A DNA stretch of 64,000 nucleotides from Bdellovibrionota bacterium (GTDB lineage Bacteria > Bdellovibrionota_C > UBA2361 > CALJRW01), in assembly GCA_041740355.1 (NCBI GenBank), contig JBGSMD010000063.1, positions 128,001-192,000 of the forward strand, in the 5' to 3' direction. The translations under genes and the position numbers were made by a program. The notes under the pieces are model-generated. The model was not told the origin of the DNA and did not search any database. It saw only the letters and a list, made by a program, of their open reading frames with translations. How positions within the stretch are numbered: the stretch's first letter is position 1; each line of letters begins with the position of its first letter. This document shows positions 48,383 to 58,870 of the stretch, one piece after another.

Positions 48383-49090
48383 TTAATGTTTAAAACTAAT
48401 ACCCTTTAAGACATACTGTGAACATTGCGTAGTCGAGATCTTTTGAAATGTTCCTAAGGAACTCCAAAGATCTTTTCTCAATTTAAATTCTTGATAATTT
48501 CCAATTATTAGATATCTCCCTCGTCTAATAATCTTACTCCACAATTTATTCAGACTTGGCTCTATTTTAGGTCCAATTATACGATAGTCCTTATTTTCAA
48601 GTATAAACTTACAAACTGGATAAACTGTCTGCCAATTCGTATCATGAATAATTAAAATCCCCCCATCCTTTAAGAGAAGGTCGGAATAAAAATAATCGAT
48701 AAATGTATAATCAAAGGAATGGTACCCATCTATTAGTATCAAATCATACTGTTTTTTCTGGCGGACAAGCTGTGGCAAGGCAAGATAGCTTAACTCTTCA
48801 ATTAGTTCATGCTTGCAAGCAAATCCTGCATTATGAATATTTAAGACTCCTTGTCCAGCGTAGCCTCGGTATGAATCATTATTTAATTCTACAGGATCAT
48901 TTTGAAATGGATCAATTGAGGTTAAACTTGAATTTGGTACTCCAAATATCTCCTCTAAAATGACAATAGCGCTGGATGCATTTGCTAGACCAATCTCTAA
49001 GATACTTACTGATTTATAATCTTGGATCAATTTTCTAAGGACTTGAAGCTCATTATTAAGCATACCGTCTGGTCGATCAACTAGCATCAC
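48383..49090 (-). CDS. Class I SAM methyltransferase (Methyltransf_24-like)
   Basis: LEIGLA...S, SIDPFQ, LIDGYHSFD, GG....HD. Confidence 0.8.
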   Translation of the reverse strand: MMLVDRPDGMLNNELQVLRKLIQDYKSVSILEIGLANASSAIVILEEIFGVPNSSLTSIDPFQNDPVELNNDSYRGYAGQGVLNIHNAGFACKHELIEELSYLALPQLVRQKKQYDLILIDGYHSFDYTFIDYFYSDLLLKDGGILIIHDTNWQTVYPVCKFILENKDYRIIGPKIEPSLNKLWSKIIRRGRYLIIGNYQEFKLRKDLWSSLGTFQKISTTQCSQYVLKGISFKH

Positions 49091-49240
49091 TTTTTTATCT
49101 TTATAAAAATTAAATTATCAATAAATTCTACTAAAAATATACTATTTTAAAAACTCCATTTGTACTGCTACTAACTAAAAAACCATGTAAAATTATCTAA
49201 ATTTTGTAGCATCAAATATAACTTTATTTAAAACTTAAAT

Positions 49241-50740
49241 CTAAGATTTAGCAAATAAGCAATAACTAGAAACACAATAGATATTGTTCCAAAACTTGCA
49301 ATTAAATGAGTCTTTTATTGATACAATTGCATGACGAATGGAGTATTTTTCAGATATCTCTTCTAGAATATTACAATTTAAATTTTGATAAAATTTATTA
49401 GCAAGTTCTAATCTACCGAACCATTCAAGTACAGAACTTGCTTCATAAGGGTGATTTTTGTTATCGACGAAAGTAGATGCTCCCGTATCTAATCTAAATT
49501 CTACAAAAGATGGTGGAATCAAATATGTAACATTCTTTTTTTCATTTAAGATCTTCTTACTAATTGGCATTGCCGCTTGGTTATTTAAAAAATCAATCCT
49601 ATTTATCTTTAGCTCATTCGACAAGAAGGAAGTTTCACACAAAACAAACAACGAAAATATAATTGTAATCTTTGAATATAAAATTCTATTATTTATATTT
49701 TTTATGATAAATGATGAAATAATCAAAACTGCTAGTGGAACAAACACGACAGTTAATCTCCATGGAAACATAAGTGCAAAAAAACTTGCACTACCCAAGT
49801 ATTGAGCAATAGTCAGCAATGTCACCACTAAGATTGCAAAACTTATACTTAAACTAAAATATCTAGAGGGTATTAGAAACATACTGCTAGCAATTATCAC
49901 TAACTGTATTTGTTCACTAAAAGAAAAAAAATAATTTATATCTGCATGAAATGGAATTATTCTATGAACTAATATGTCCTGTGCTACTACACTATAGCTT
50001 GCTTGATCTAAAACAAAGTTAGAAATAATATAGAGGCTACTTGGCAAGCAAAGAACTAAGTAATAACATGTATTTATTGCCAATCCTCGCAAACCAAATC
50101 CTTTATCGAATAACTGAAATGACAAGACGACTATTAGCCCATGAAGTAGGTAGGAAGAATGTATGTTTGCAGCAATCGCACAGGAACAAATTGCTAATTT
50201 ACTTTTTTTAAATAGATACAACACAATTGCAAGTAATAGAAATACGCCGAAGACGCTTGGCTGAAAAGTTTCGCCAAGCAAATATTGATTAGCAAATCCA
50301 TTAGTTAAAATATCACCCAAATTTATTCCAAGCTTTTCAAGCGAATAATACTGGAATGCAAGTGAATTGATAAAAATTAATATAACTGAGAGATAATAAA
50401 TTCTTACTTTATCAAGATTGAATAATTTTCTAGATAGAAGAATCAAGGAAAGGAAAAATAATATTTTTATTAATATAAAATAAACATTAAATGATATTTC
50501 GGGGAAGAATAAATACGTATATTGAATTATCTTTGAAAACACAGGAAAGCTATCTTTGGTTGTTGCTAGCCAATCTGTGCTTAGGTATCCAAATCCCGCA
50601 TTGCTTAGCCCATGGAAAAAATATGTATTTTGATTATAGCTATAAAGTGGTGCACTTGGGATAGATAAACAAAATAAAAAAGCTAAGATCGCAAGAATGA
50701 GATACAAATATAATTTTTTTTTATAAATTCTAATCTGCAT
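49241..50740 (-). CDS. Polytopic membrane protein, possible GT-C/glycan-modifying enzyme
   Basis: NQNTYF, DWLA, ANQYLLG..FQPS, PWR, FRL.TG..FVD.K.HP; many TM helices. Confidence 0.5.
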   Translation of the reverse strand: MQIRIYKKKLYLYLILAILAFLFCLSIPSAPLYSYNQNTYFFHGLSNAGFGYLSTDWLATTKDSFPVFSKIIQYTYLFFPEISFNVYFILIKILFFLSLILLSRKLFNLDKVRIYYLSVILIFINSLAFQYYSLEKLGINLGDILTNGFANQYLLGETFQPSVFGVFLLLAIVLYLFKKSKLAICSCAIAANIHSSYLLHGLIVVLSFQLFDKGFGLRGLAINTCYYLVLCLPSSLYIISNFVLDQASYSVVAQDILVHRIIPFHADINYFFSFSEQIQLVIIASSMFLIPSRYFSLSISFAILVVTLLTIAQYLGSASFFALMFPWRLTVVFVPLAVLIISSFIIKNINNRILYSKITIIFSLFVLCETSFLSNELKINRIDFLNNQAAMPISKKILNEKKNVTYLIPPSFVEFRLDTGASTFVDNKNHPYEASSVLEWFGRLELANKFYQNLNCNILEEISEKYSIRHAIVSIKDSFNCKFWNNIYCVSSYCLFAKS

Positions 50741-51884
50741 AAAGCATATTTAAATCTTTTAAATAATTATCTGCTGAGTAGTCATATGTTGTATTGAGTG
50801 CTTCCTTTCCCAATATGTTTGCTTTTAATTGATTACATTCGGCAAGGCCTCTTATAGAGTTGCCCCAACCATTTTCATCTTCTTCACTAATTAAAATTCC
50901 GTTGTTGTCATTTTTTATAAAATCCTTAACCCCTCCAACGTTCGAAGCTATCGTCGGTCGACCAAATGAAGCGGCTTCATAAATAGTCAACCCCGCGACT
51001 TCTGGCCATCTCGATGGAAGCAAATTTGCTATACAATTCGCAATTAATTTCTGCTTCTTAACTCCTTCAACTCTACCAAGAAAGAAAATTTTATTTTCTA
51101 AATTATATTCTTTAACTAAGTTAGCAAGTCTATCACGATCATTACCATCCCCTGCAATGAATAATTTAATATTTTCCAAAGACAGGCCATGAAAAGCTTT
51201 TATAATTAAATCAATTCCTTTTTGTTTTACTAATCTACCTATATATAAAAAATACTTTTCTGAATTGTGATCAATATAGTTTTCTACATTTGGTACAATA
51301 GAAATAAAATGTGGCAAATGATAAGTATTAGAGTAATTATTAATTATGAATTGTTCATTTAGATATGCAGATGGTGCAATAAAAAAATCAATATCTTTAG
51401 CAAAATATCTTGCTGAATAATTTTTTAGTATACTAGTAATTTGCTGCTTCTGCTCTATCTTACAACATTTACATTTCGCAAACGATAAACTGCATGATTT
51501 GTTACTTTTGTTTATTTTTTGTCCATTACAAATTAAATAATAGTCATGCAGCGTCATAATTCTTCTTATTCCATTTGGCACACAAATGACTGACGGTGAT
51601 AATTGGTAAAAGATATTATGATAATGAATTACATCTGGCTTAAATTCATTAATTATTTTTCTAAATTGAAAATAATTTTTTATGTTAAAACTGCTATCTA
51701 TATTAAAAAAGTTTCCTGAACTACTTACTTGCCGGTCTGAGATAATAATCTTCCCCTCGTGCTGATAATCTGAAGTAACGGTCAAGACTTGGTGTTTTAT
51801 CTTTAGTAATTCTGCCAGTGCGAAGAAATGGGTTTCTGCACCCCCAAGTTGATATCCATAATCATTTACTAAGATAATTTTCAT
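50730..51884 (-). CDS. GT4 glycosyltransferase
   Basis: GGAE, TLHDY..IC, YIGRL..QKG, PSRWPE....IYEA. Confidence 0.9.
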   Translation of the reverse strand: MKIILVNDYGYQLGGAETHFFALAELLKIKHQVLTVTSDYQHEGKIIISDRQVSSSGNFFNIDSSFNIKNYFQFRKIINEFKPDVIHYHNIFYQLSPSVICVPNGIRRIMTLHDYYLICNGQKINKSNKSCSLSFAKCKCCKIEQKQQITSILKNYSARYFAKDIDFFIAPSAYLNEQFIINNYSNTYHLPHFISIVPNVENYIDHNSEKYFLYIGRLVKQKGIDLIIKAFHGLSLENIKLFIAGDGNDRDRLANLVKEYNLENKIFFLGRVEGVKKQKLIANCIANLLPSRWPEVAGLTIYEAASFGRPTIASNVGGVKDFIKNDNNGILISEEDENGWGNSIRGLAECNQLKANILGKEALNTTYDYSADNYLKDLNMLYAD

Positions 51885-51935
51885 ACAAAAGTTAAAAGAT
51901 TAAAGTAATTTATTTCTTCAAAATTATATTTCTTT

Positions 51936-53069
51936 CTACTTTAACGAAACAAAACTTTGATACGATTGATAGTTCTCAAGAGCTGAGAACTTTTCAGCAA
52001 ATAATCTAGAATTATCAAAGTTATTATTACACTCATTATCAACTAGTTTCATTAATACTTCTCCTAAGTCATGTTGATTTGAGACGAAAAAGCTACTTTG
52101 ATTCCCTTCAATAGCTTCTATCTCCCCCCCACTATTCCCACAAATCACTGGAAGTCCACAGGCTTGTGCTTCCACGTAAACCATACCAAAACCTTCTAGG
52201 TCGTATCCAGTATCAATGCTAGGCATTACAAAGATGTCAGAGAGGTGATAATAATCCTTTTTTTGTTCATCACTTACGTTGGAAAGGATTTGAACTCTGT
52301 GGGTTAAGTTGTGAAGGTTGATCAGGTCTTGAAGCTCCTGCTGTTGCTCACCAGTTCCGATCATTAGGTATTTAATGTGATCTTGAGTGAGGTAATGATC
52401 GATAATTACTTTTAAGACTCCAATCTGGTTTTTTCGCGGTGTAAGGCGACCGACAGTGAGAAGGATTTTGTCAGAATCTTCGAAGCCATAAAGCTTGCGA
52501 AGTTCTGATTTTGACTTAGTCGATTCAAAATCGCTTAAGTTGATACAGGGGTGCAGAACTTCGATTCTTTTGGGATTAGGAAGTTTGAGTAACTGTTGCT
52601 TCGTAAAGTTACTATTCGCTACTATTAGATCTATTCTTTTGATTATTAATTTGTAAAGGAATTTTAGCTGTCTGCTAGAATTATAGGCCTTAAACTCTTC
52701 CCCATGAGCAAAGCAAATAATCTTAACTTTCTTGAAAGTGAGTAGCTTGGTGATTACGGCAACAAAACCTTCAGGAAGAATTTTGGAGCAATGAATATAA
52801 TTAATTTCACCGGTGACTAGCTCCTTACTTAGCATTCGCCACATTTTGAAGTATTTTAAGAGAGAATCAATAGATGTAATACCCCAATCACTTAACAGGA
52901 TTTTATCTTGGATTAGTTTAGCATTAGTAAAAGGATTCTCTGTTGGCTCGGAATATTGATTAGTGATTACTTTAAACGGAGTTGGGCTTTCTCTAAAAAG
53001 ATTTACTAACCACTGAATCGAACCACCACGTTCGGGAAGAAATCTTTGAGTGAGGATGATATCCATCAA
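51936..53069 (-). CDS. GT4 glycosyltransferase
   Basis: FLPERGG, AHGEE, TVGRLTPRKN, EGFGMVYVEA. Confidence 0.9.
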   Translation of the reverse strand: MMDIILTQRFLPERGGSIQWLVNLFRESPTPFKVITNQYSEPTENPFTNAKLIQDKILLSDWGITSIDSLLKYFKMWRMLSKELVTGEINYIHCSKILPEGFVAVITKLLTFKKVKIICFAHGEEFKAYNSSRQLKFLYKLIIKRIDLIVANSNFTKQQLLKLPNPKRIEVLHPCINLSDFESTKSKSELRKLYGFEDSDKILLTVGRLTPRKNQIGVLKVIIDHYLTQDHIKYLMIGTGEQQQELQDLINLHNLTHRVQILSNVSDEQKKDYYHLSDIFVMPSIDTGYDLEGFGMVYVEAQACGLPVICGNSGGEIEAIEGNQSSFFVSNQHDLGEVLMKLVDNECNNNFDNSRLFAEKFSALENYQSYQSFVSLK

Positions 53070-53899
53070 TCAACTAGATCGGCAGAATTCTTTTCGCTAC
53101 GAATTTTAGGCGGTGCTACGGGCTTGGTGCGATCGTGCCCATACTCCCCATAATAATTAGTGTAATAGCGGCGGTAATGAGGGTTTACCAGATAGTTGTA
53201 AACATCCACGCTGTTGGGGTTATTAACTAGGATGCAAGCCTTACTTGGGCAACTATTACTATTAAGAATTTGTTCCGCTTCGGTGATCATGTATGAAGGA
53301 GTATCTTGCCCTCTTACAACTAACACTACAGCACTGACAACTCTACCAATAAGAGTCGCGTCAACAACTTTCATGATTGGGGCTGAATCAATTAGCACTA
53401 AATCAAAATCCGATTCTAAATCAGGAAGGATATCTAAAATAAACTCAATCCAATTTTCCTTAGGCACTACTGGAAGAATAGAAAGATCTGGAATTGGAGT
53501 ATCAAAGATATAATCACGAAGCTCAGGGCTCACAGAACTATCTTCGGGAAGAGGGCGAAGCTCGGTGTGCGAAAAGAATCTTCCTAATTGTGGCCTTCTC
53601 CAGTCGGCATCGACCAGAAGAACTTTTTGGTTATAATGCGATGCTAAAGAAATTGCTAAATTGCTAACAGTAGTGCTTTTACCATCGGCCGGTTGTGGGC
53701 TGGTAATCAGCAAGGAGCGCATGTTCTTTAATTCTTTATTGTGCAGTAAGGAGCCAGCAATTTGATTGTATTGTTGAGACACATAACAATGGGGATCGTG
53801 ATAGGCAATCAATTGTGGTGATAGTGGTGAGTTTGCAAGATCATTAATGAAATATTCTTGCGAGAAATTTTTGAAAAAATCTTTAGTTTTTTGCCACAT
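53066..53899 (-). CDS. CpsD/CapB-type tyrosine autokinase (split Wzc kinase domain)
   Basis: SPQPADGKST, LLVDAD.RRP, LIDSAP, C-terminal Tyr cluster VYNYLVNPHYRRYYTNYYGEYG. Confidence 0.88.
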   Translation of the reverse strand: MWQKTKDFFKNFSQEYFINDLANSPLSPQLIAYHDPHCYVSQQYNQIAGSLLHNKELKNMRSLLITSPQPADGKSTTVSNLAISLASHYNQKVLLVDADWRRPQLGRFFSHTELRPLPEDSSVSPELRDYIFDTPIPDLSILPVVPKENWIEFILDILPDLESDFDLVLIDSAPIMKVVDATLIGRVVSAVVLVVRGQDTPSYMITEAEQILNSNSCPSKACILVNNPNSVDVYNYLVNPHYRRYYTNYYGEYGHDRTKPVAPPKIRSEKNSADLVD

Positions 53900-53904
53900 A
53901 ATAA

Positions 53905-55524
53905 TTAACTAAAATATAACCAAACAATAATTGAATAGACAGCGAGACCTGCTGCGGAAAGGTAATAAATCTTTCTCTGCTGTAATGATTTAGACTTTAG
54001 TCCAAAACTATCCACTGCACCAAGAACGGGTTTATTAACAATCGCACTTAATTGGGCGATGGAATAAATGCGTGTATCAAACATGGCAATCACTGAAGCG
54101 ATCATAAAGAGTGCGCCGAAGGTGATTGCTAACACCATAATCATTGTTGGTAATCCGGCTAAGGCGATTGGAGTTTTTGGTAATTGGGGTTGTTCAACAA
54201 TTTTGACAGAGAGTCCGAATTTATCTTGGTCAATGCTATTTTCTCTTTGCATTACTGCTAGGCGCTTGGACATCTGGGCATAAGAATGAGAAGCGACAAT
54301 TTTCTGACTTTCCAATTCGATTAATTTGGATTTGCGACCAGAGAGTTCTTTTAATTTGTCATCGAGGCTAACATTCTTATCATCAAATTTACTTTGGTAA
54401 GCGCGAGTAACTTCTAATCTATCATTTAATAATTGGATTTCTTGGACTTTATCTTCAATTTTTTTTGTTTGAAGTTTTTCTAGTCTTAACTGCGCTAACT
54501 CTGTATTTTCTTTATTAAGTCCTGATTGCAGAGTTCCTAGCTTTGTTTTTTTTAAGTTGTTTAGACTTTCAATTTCTTTTGTTGCGGCTAGAACATCAGG
54601 GTGTGCCAGTAAAAAGCCTTTACTAGTTAATTCGCTTATTTCTTGCTTCTTAGCAATTAATCTTTGGTTTAAACTGGCCAATTCTGAATCTTGATTGGCA
54701 TTTAAAACTTTCTCTAAATCATCGGCATTATTTAAGTATTCCTTTGATTTTAAATCAGCTTCTAATTGCTCCATTTCCTTTTTAGCAATTTCTACTTGGA
54801 ATTCTAATTCAGAGACTGACTCACTAAAGTTCAAAGCTTTCTCTAAGTTTTTTTCAATGTCGTAGTTCATTGGAGCAAGATCAAGAATTTTCTCAATGCT
54901 TTGAAATTGCTTATCATGTTCCTGGAGTATTTGGAGGGGAAGTCCACTGCGTACACGAACTATGTCTTGCTCAATTTGGCTGAGCTCTACTCTTGTTTTT
55001 TCTACCTCTTGTTTAAGAAATTCCACACCAGTTTGAAGTCTATTACTCGTTACTTCCTTATTGTGCTCAACTAATTGGATTAGAGTTTCTTTTACAACTT
55101 TAAAAGCTAAGTAGGGATCGGTATTACTAAAGTCAACACTTAGAGCTTGGGGATTATCCCTTTGAAAACGAATTTGCACACCATTACGAGATCGCAGGTA
55201 AGCAATCTTGCCATTTTCGACAACTTCATTACCGATTGTTTCCGGCCAGACAGCGTTAACAATACGCTTAACTGGTTTTCCATAGAGCAGGGAGCGAGTA
55301 ATTTGTACTGGTTGATCTTCAAACTTATCTAGCAGTGTAAAATATTCTTCTAGGGGAATATAGTTAGATTCAAATAAGACAATTGCTTCTGATTTAAAGA
55401 TCTTAAGATTGCTGATGTAAGAAACGGTTGCAATAAAAACCATTAAAAATGGAATAATGAAACATAAATGCCAGCGACGAAAGATCGTTAATATTTTACT
55501 GACTGAAAAATCTTGATTGTTCAT
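53905..55524 (-). CDS. Polysaccharide co-polymerase/chain-length determinant (Wzz/GumC-like)
   Basis: Two TM helices flanking long coiled coils, HPDV motif, IVEQPQLP.TP, PVLG. Confidence 0.8.
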   Translation of the reverse strand: MNNQDFSVSKILTIFRRWHLCFIIPFLMVFIATVSYISNLKIFKSEAIVLFESNYIPLEEYFTLLDKFEDQPVQITRSLLYGKPVKRIVNAVWPETIGNEVVENGKIAYLRSRNGVQIRFQRDNPQALSVDFSNTDPYLAFKVVKETLIQLVEHNKEVTSNRLQTGVEFLKQEVEKTRVELSQIEQDIVRVRSGLPLQILQEHDKQFQSIEKILDLAPMNYDIEKNLEKALNFSESVSELEFQVEIAKKEMEQLEADLKSKEYLNNADDLEKVLNANQDSELASLNQRLIAKKQEISELTSKGFLLAHPDVLAATKEIESLNNLKKTKLGTLQSGLNKENTELAQLRLEKLQTKKIEDKVQEIQLLNDRLEVTRAYQSKFDDKNVSLDDKLKELSGRKSKLIELESQKIVASHSYAQMSKRLAVMQRENSIDQDKFGLSVKIVEQPQLPKTPIALAGLPTMIMVLAITFGALFMIASVIAMFDTRIYSIAQLSAIVNKPVLGAVDSFGLKSKSLQQRKIYYLSAAGLAVYSIIVWLYFS

Positions 55525-55537
55525 GAAATTTTAAAAG

Positions 55538-57307
55538 TTATTTTTGCAGGATGACGGCTTCTGGTTGAAGATTTATATCGCTTAATCTTACCAATGCTTC
55601 CCGTATTACGGCAAGGGTATTAGATTGATCATTTGTTACTAAGAAAATTAAATCGCTATTACTAGCAACCATTTGGCTACTTACGTCAGTTGCCAAGGAT
55701 CCCGCGCTAATTAAGATGTAGTCAAAGCGATTAACAAGCGAAGTTAAGGCTTGGGTAAAGCGTGGTTTAAGTAATAATTTCTGTGCCCCTTCTTGTTCCT
55801 GGCCAATTGGCATGATGTATAAATTATCTAACCAACTTAAGTGCAAGCAGTTAGCAATTTTTTGAGTACGACATAAATACTCCGAAAAGCCAAAAGGCTC
55901 TTTATCTAATTCAAACTGGCGAGATAACTCAAAGCTACCAAAAGAAGCATCTAGCATCAGAACCTTAGATGAATATTTAGCCATGGCAACAGCTAAATTG
56001 CTAACAACTACAGTTTGATTAATTGATTCCTGCGGGGCAGAGAAGAATAAAATCTTCTTATTTGCCGCTTTAGCATTAATCATAATTTTTGCAGCTAGTT
56101 CATTAATTTGATTTTGAGCTACTTGATTTTCGATACTGTTACTAAGGACCGGCACGGGTAAAGATTGCTTATTAATAATGGCAGGCAAATTACTTGGCTT
56201 CGTGAGTCCCTGCTCTCCGGCAATTAATAAAATGTTTCCGTTAACAGGATTTTTTTGAATTCGGCTACCACTTTTTCTTAAATCAATTTGTGGAAAAGAG
56301 TAAACTTTTTCAACTTTAATAGCGGACTTTAAATCCTGAACTCCAAGTACTGGATCTTTTTGGCGAAAAACTTTGTAGGCGATTGCTAAAAAGAAAAGAA
56401 GTACTACTAAGCTTGGTAAGAAAACCTTTAGCGACCAAAACCAGAACTGATTAACATTTGCTAGATAGGCTTTAGGAAGTTGGAATTGAAAATTACTATT
56501 ACTATAAAGGGCAATCTGTTCTTCAAAAGTTAATTTTTTTTGATTGGCTTCGGCCAACTGGTTTTTTAAGTTGCTGATAATTGCAGTAGTTGTTGAGCTA
56601 GATGATGTATCAAGGATATGATTCTCTAAGAGGTCTTCATACTCGGGCATCTTCCGACCCATCTGTTGATACTTAATCTTAATTTCTCCTAGGACATCTT
56701 GAACTAAAGGATGCTTAAGGGCGTAAGTGCTAGCGAGTTTTTGTAACTGAGCTAGATCTTCTGATAATTCTGATTTTAACAGCCCTTCTTCGGCAGATTT
56801 TAATTCTAAATTCCAAGTGACAATTTGTTCGTCAATTTTTTTTAGCAGGGTTTTTAATTGACCAAGTTCAATTTCTTGTCTTTCTTTAATATTGGCTGAA
56901 TTTACTTCCACTAAACTTGCTAACTGCGCTTCTAAAACTTTACTGCCCAGTTCAAAAGGATAGTTAAATAGCTTAACATTTAAACCTTCCTTGGAAGAAT
57001 TAAATTGTAATGAATTAATTAGTGATTCCCAAGTTAGAGTAGCAGTTTTCGCTAACTCTATGGATTCAAGCTTCTGAAGTTTGATGATTGACTGTTTAAC
57101 AAACTCGGGGTCTCTCCATTGTTCTTGCAAATTGAGGTCGGAACTTTTAATTTGCTCGGCTAAGCTTTGTGGTAAATCTAACGCGGCGTAAGGTTCCGAT
57201 TTTCCAGAAAAAGTGAAATAGAAACCACTACAAAGTAATAAAAAGATTACAACAACTAGAGTAATATTAGATTGAATTAATTTTACAAATGCTTCTAATC
57301 TTCCCAT
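55538..57307 (-). CDS. Wzc-like co-polymerase with a degenerate kinase domain
   Basis: TM-coiled coil (KHPLV)-TM, then CpsD-like SNLAVAMA..KVLMLDA..GFSEYL..FDYILI lacking the Walker A GK[ST]. Confidence 0.7.
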   Translation of the reverse strand: MGRLEAFVKLIQSNITLVVVIFLLLCSGFYFTFSGKSEPYAALDLPQSLAEQIKSSDLNLQEQWRDPEFVKQSIIKLQKLESIELAKTATLTWESLINSLQFNSSKEGLNVKLFNYPFELGSKVLEAQLASLVEVNSANIKERQEIELGQLKTLLKKIDEQIVTWNLELKSAEEGLLKSELSEDLAQLQKLASTYALKHPLVQDVLGEIKIKYQQMGRKMPEYEDLLENHILDTSSSSTTTAIISNLKNQLAEANQKKLTFEEQIALYSNSNFQFQLPKAYLANVNQFWFWSLKVFLPSLVVLLFFLAIAYKVFRQKDPVLGVQDLKSAIKVEKVYSFPQIDLRKSGSRIQKNPVNGNILLIAGEQGLTKPSNLPAIINKQSLPVPVLSNSIENQVAQNQINELAAKIMINAKAANKKILFFSAPQESINQTVVVSNLAVAMAKYSSKVLMLDASFGSFELSRQFELDKEPFGFSEYLCRTQKIANCLHLSWLDNLYIMPIGQEQEGAQKLLLKPRFTQALTSLVNRFDYILISAGSLATDVSSQMVASNSDLIFLVTNDQSNTLAVIREALVRLSDINLQPEAVILQK

Positions 57308-57327
57308 TGTACAGCTGGTGTTAAGAA

Positions 57328-58668
57328 CTACTGATTTAGATCAACTGCCCGGTCAACGTTTGTAATTGAACCTGTTAGCTGATTAATTAAATTAACAGAC
57401 TGCTCTTGGCTATAGCGACCTGATTTACTTGGTACATAAATAATATCACCGTCTCTTAAGCGAACATCTTGTCCAGCCCAGAGGACAATTTTTTCTAAAT
57501 CAACATTAAGAATTGATTTATTAGCAAAATGGATTTCGCGATAAATATACATGTTATTAATATCGGCTGAATATGTTAAACCACGAGCAGCTGATAAAGC
57601 TGAAAGTAATGTTGGTTTAATTCCACCACCTCCTCCTCCAGAGCCTCCCATACCACCTTGATTGCTAGCAATTACTTGATAAGTTCCTCGCCCATTAACT
57701 TCGCCAAAAATCTGAATTGTGGCTGGTGGTGGAATGTAAATGATATCTCCGGGCTTAAGGATTAATCTTAGTGGCGCTCTAGTTGCTCCTCCAAAAACTT
57801 CTTCGGTATCAATTTCGATTCGAGCATTTGGGTCATATTTAGCAAGCAACTCTTCTTGAGTTACATTATTTTCATAAGGGTAACAGGCTTTTACACGGAA
57901 CTTAGTTCCTTCAGGAGTAAACTCTCTCCCATCACAATCTTCGTTTTCAAAAGTTTTACCAACCCAGTCAGAGACTGCGAAAGAATTAAATCTTTCAATT
58001 AGGTCTTTATTAGCTTTAATATTTTGTGATCCACTAGGAGCTGGGTAAAAATGAATAACTCCACTATTAAACAAATTGCTATCTCCAACTTCTAACAGCA
58101 AATCCACTAGGGAATAATTATTACTTTTAATTGGATAAGCAGATTGAATCTTACGCTCGCTCATATTTGCGTTAACGTTATTGGAGTTCATTAACCAAAC
58201 AACATTGGCGGAATAAGAAGTAACTTGAAGATCCACTTGAGGATCTACTACGTAATCAGTAACTAGTGATTCAATAAATTCGATTGCTTCTGTTTCCGTT
58301 AAGCCTGCTAAAGTAACTTTGCCCACAAATGGTAAACGAATTGATCCGTCTGGGCGAACAGTGTAGTTTTTGGAAACTTCTACAAAGTTCTTAACTGTTA
58401 AATTAACTTCATCTCCCGCGCCAATCTGGTATAAACTTGTGGGGTTCTTAATAGCGTCTAAATCCCGATCATTGATTAAGGTCTCTAGTCTTTTTCGTTG
58501 TTCTTGCTCATAACGATAGAACCCAGTCACTCCAACTCTTTGTTCCGCAGGATCAAAATCACCGAATTGTTCAACCAAATCTTTTCTGGAATCAATGTAA
58601 CGAACACAACCTACTAAGGTACAAGCTACTAAAATTATTGATAAAAACTTAATGTTACGGGCAATCAC
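57328..58668 (-). CDS. wza: Polysaccharide export lipoprotein (OPX)
   Basis: Lipobox-like LVGC, YQIGAGD, VRPDGSIRLPFVG, SLBB-like IFGEV..G, LRDGDIIYVP. Confidence 0.82.
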   Translation of the reverse strand: MIARNIKFLSIILVACTLVGCVRYIDSRKDLVEQFGDFDPAEQRVGVTGFYRYEQEQRKRLETLINDRDLDAIKNPTSLYQIGAGDEVNLTVKNFVEVSKNYTVRPDGSIRLPFVGKVTLAGLTETEAIEFIESLVTDYVVDPQVDLQVTSYSANVVWLMNSNNVNANMSERKIQSAYPIKSNNYSLVDLLLEVGDSNLFNSGVIHFYPAPSGSQNIKANKDLIERFNSFAVSDWVGKTFENEDCDGREFTPEGTKFRVKACYPYENNVTQEELLAKYDPNARIEIDTEEVFGGATRAPLRLILKPGDIIYIPPPATIQIFGEVNGRGTYQVIASNQGGMGGSGGGGGGIKPTLLSALSAARGLTYSADINNMYIYREIHFANKSILNVDLEKIVLWAGQDVRLRDGDIIYVPSKSGRYSQEQSVNLINQLTGSITNVDRAVDLNQ

Positions 58669-58870
58669 GGGGCAAGAGGAATTTTAAAATTAACTAATAA
58701 GATAACAATAATAATTAGTTATTAAGATTTCGGCAAGTTACTAAAGTGTACATATTAGTAATAAAACCTAACATAATAGCAATTATCACTTTGAGAGATA
58801 AAGAAACTATCCTTAATCATAATAAGACTTTATATTCTTCAGCAAATTACATTTATCTCGAGTTTCGTAC

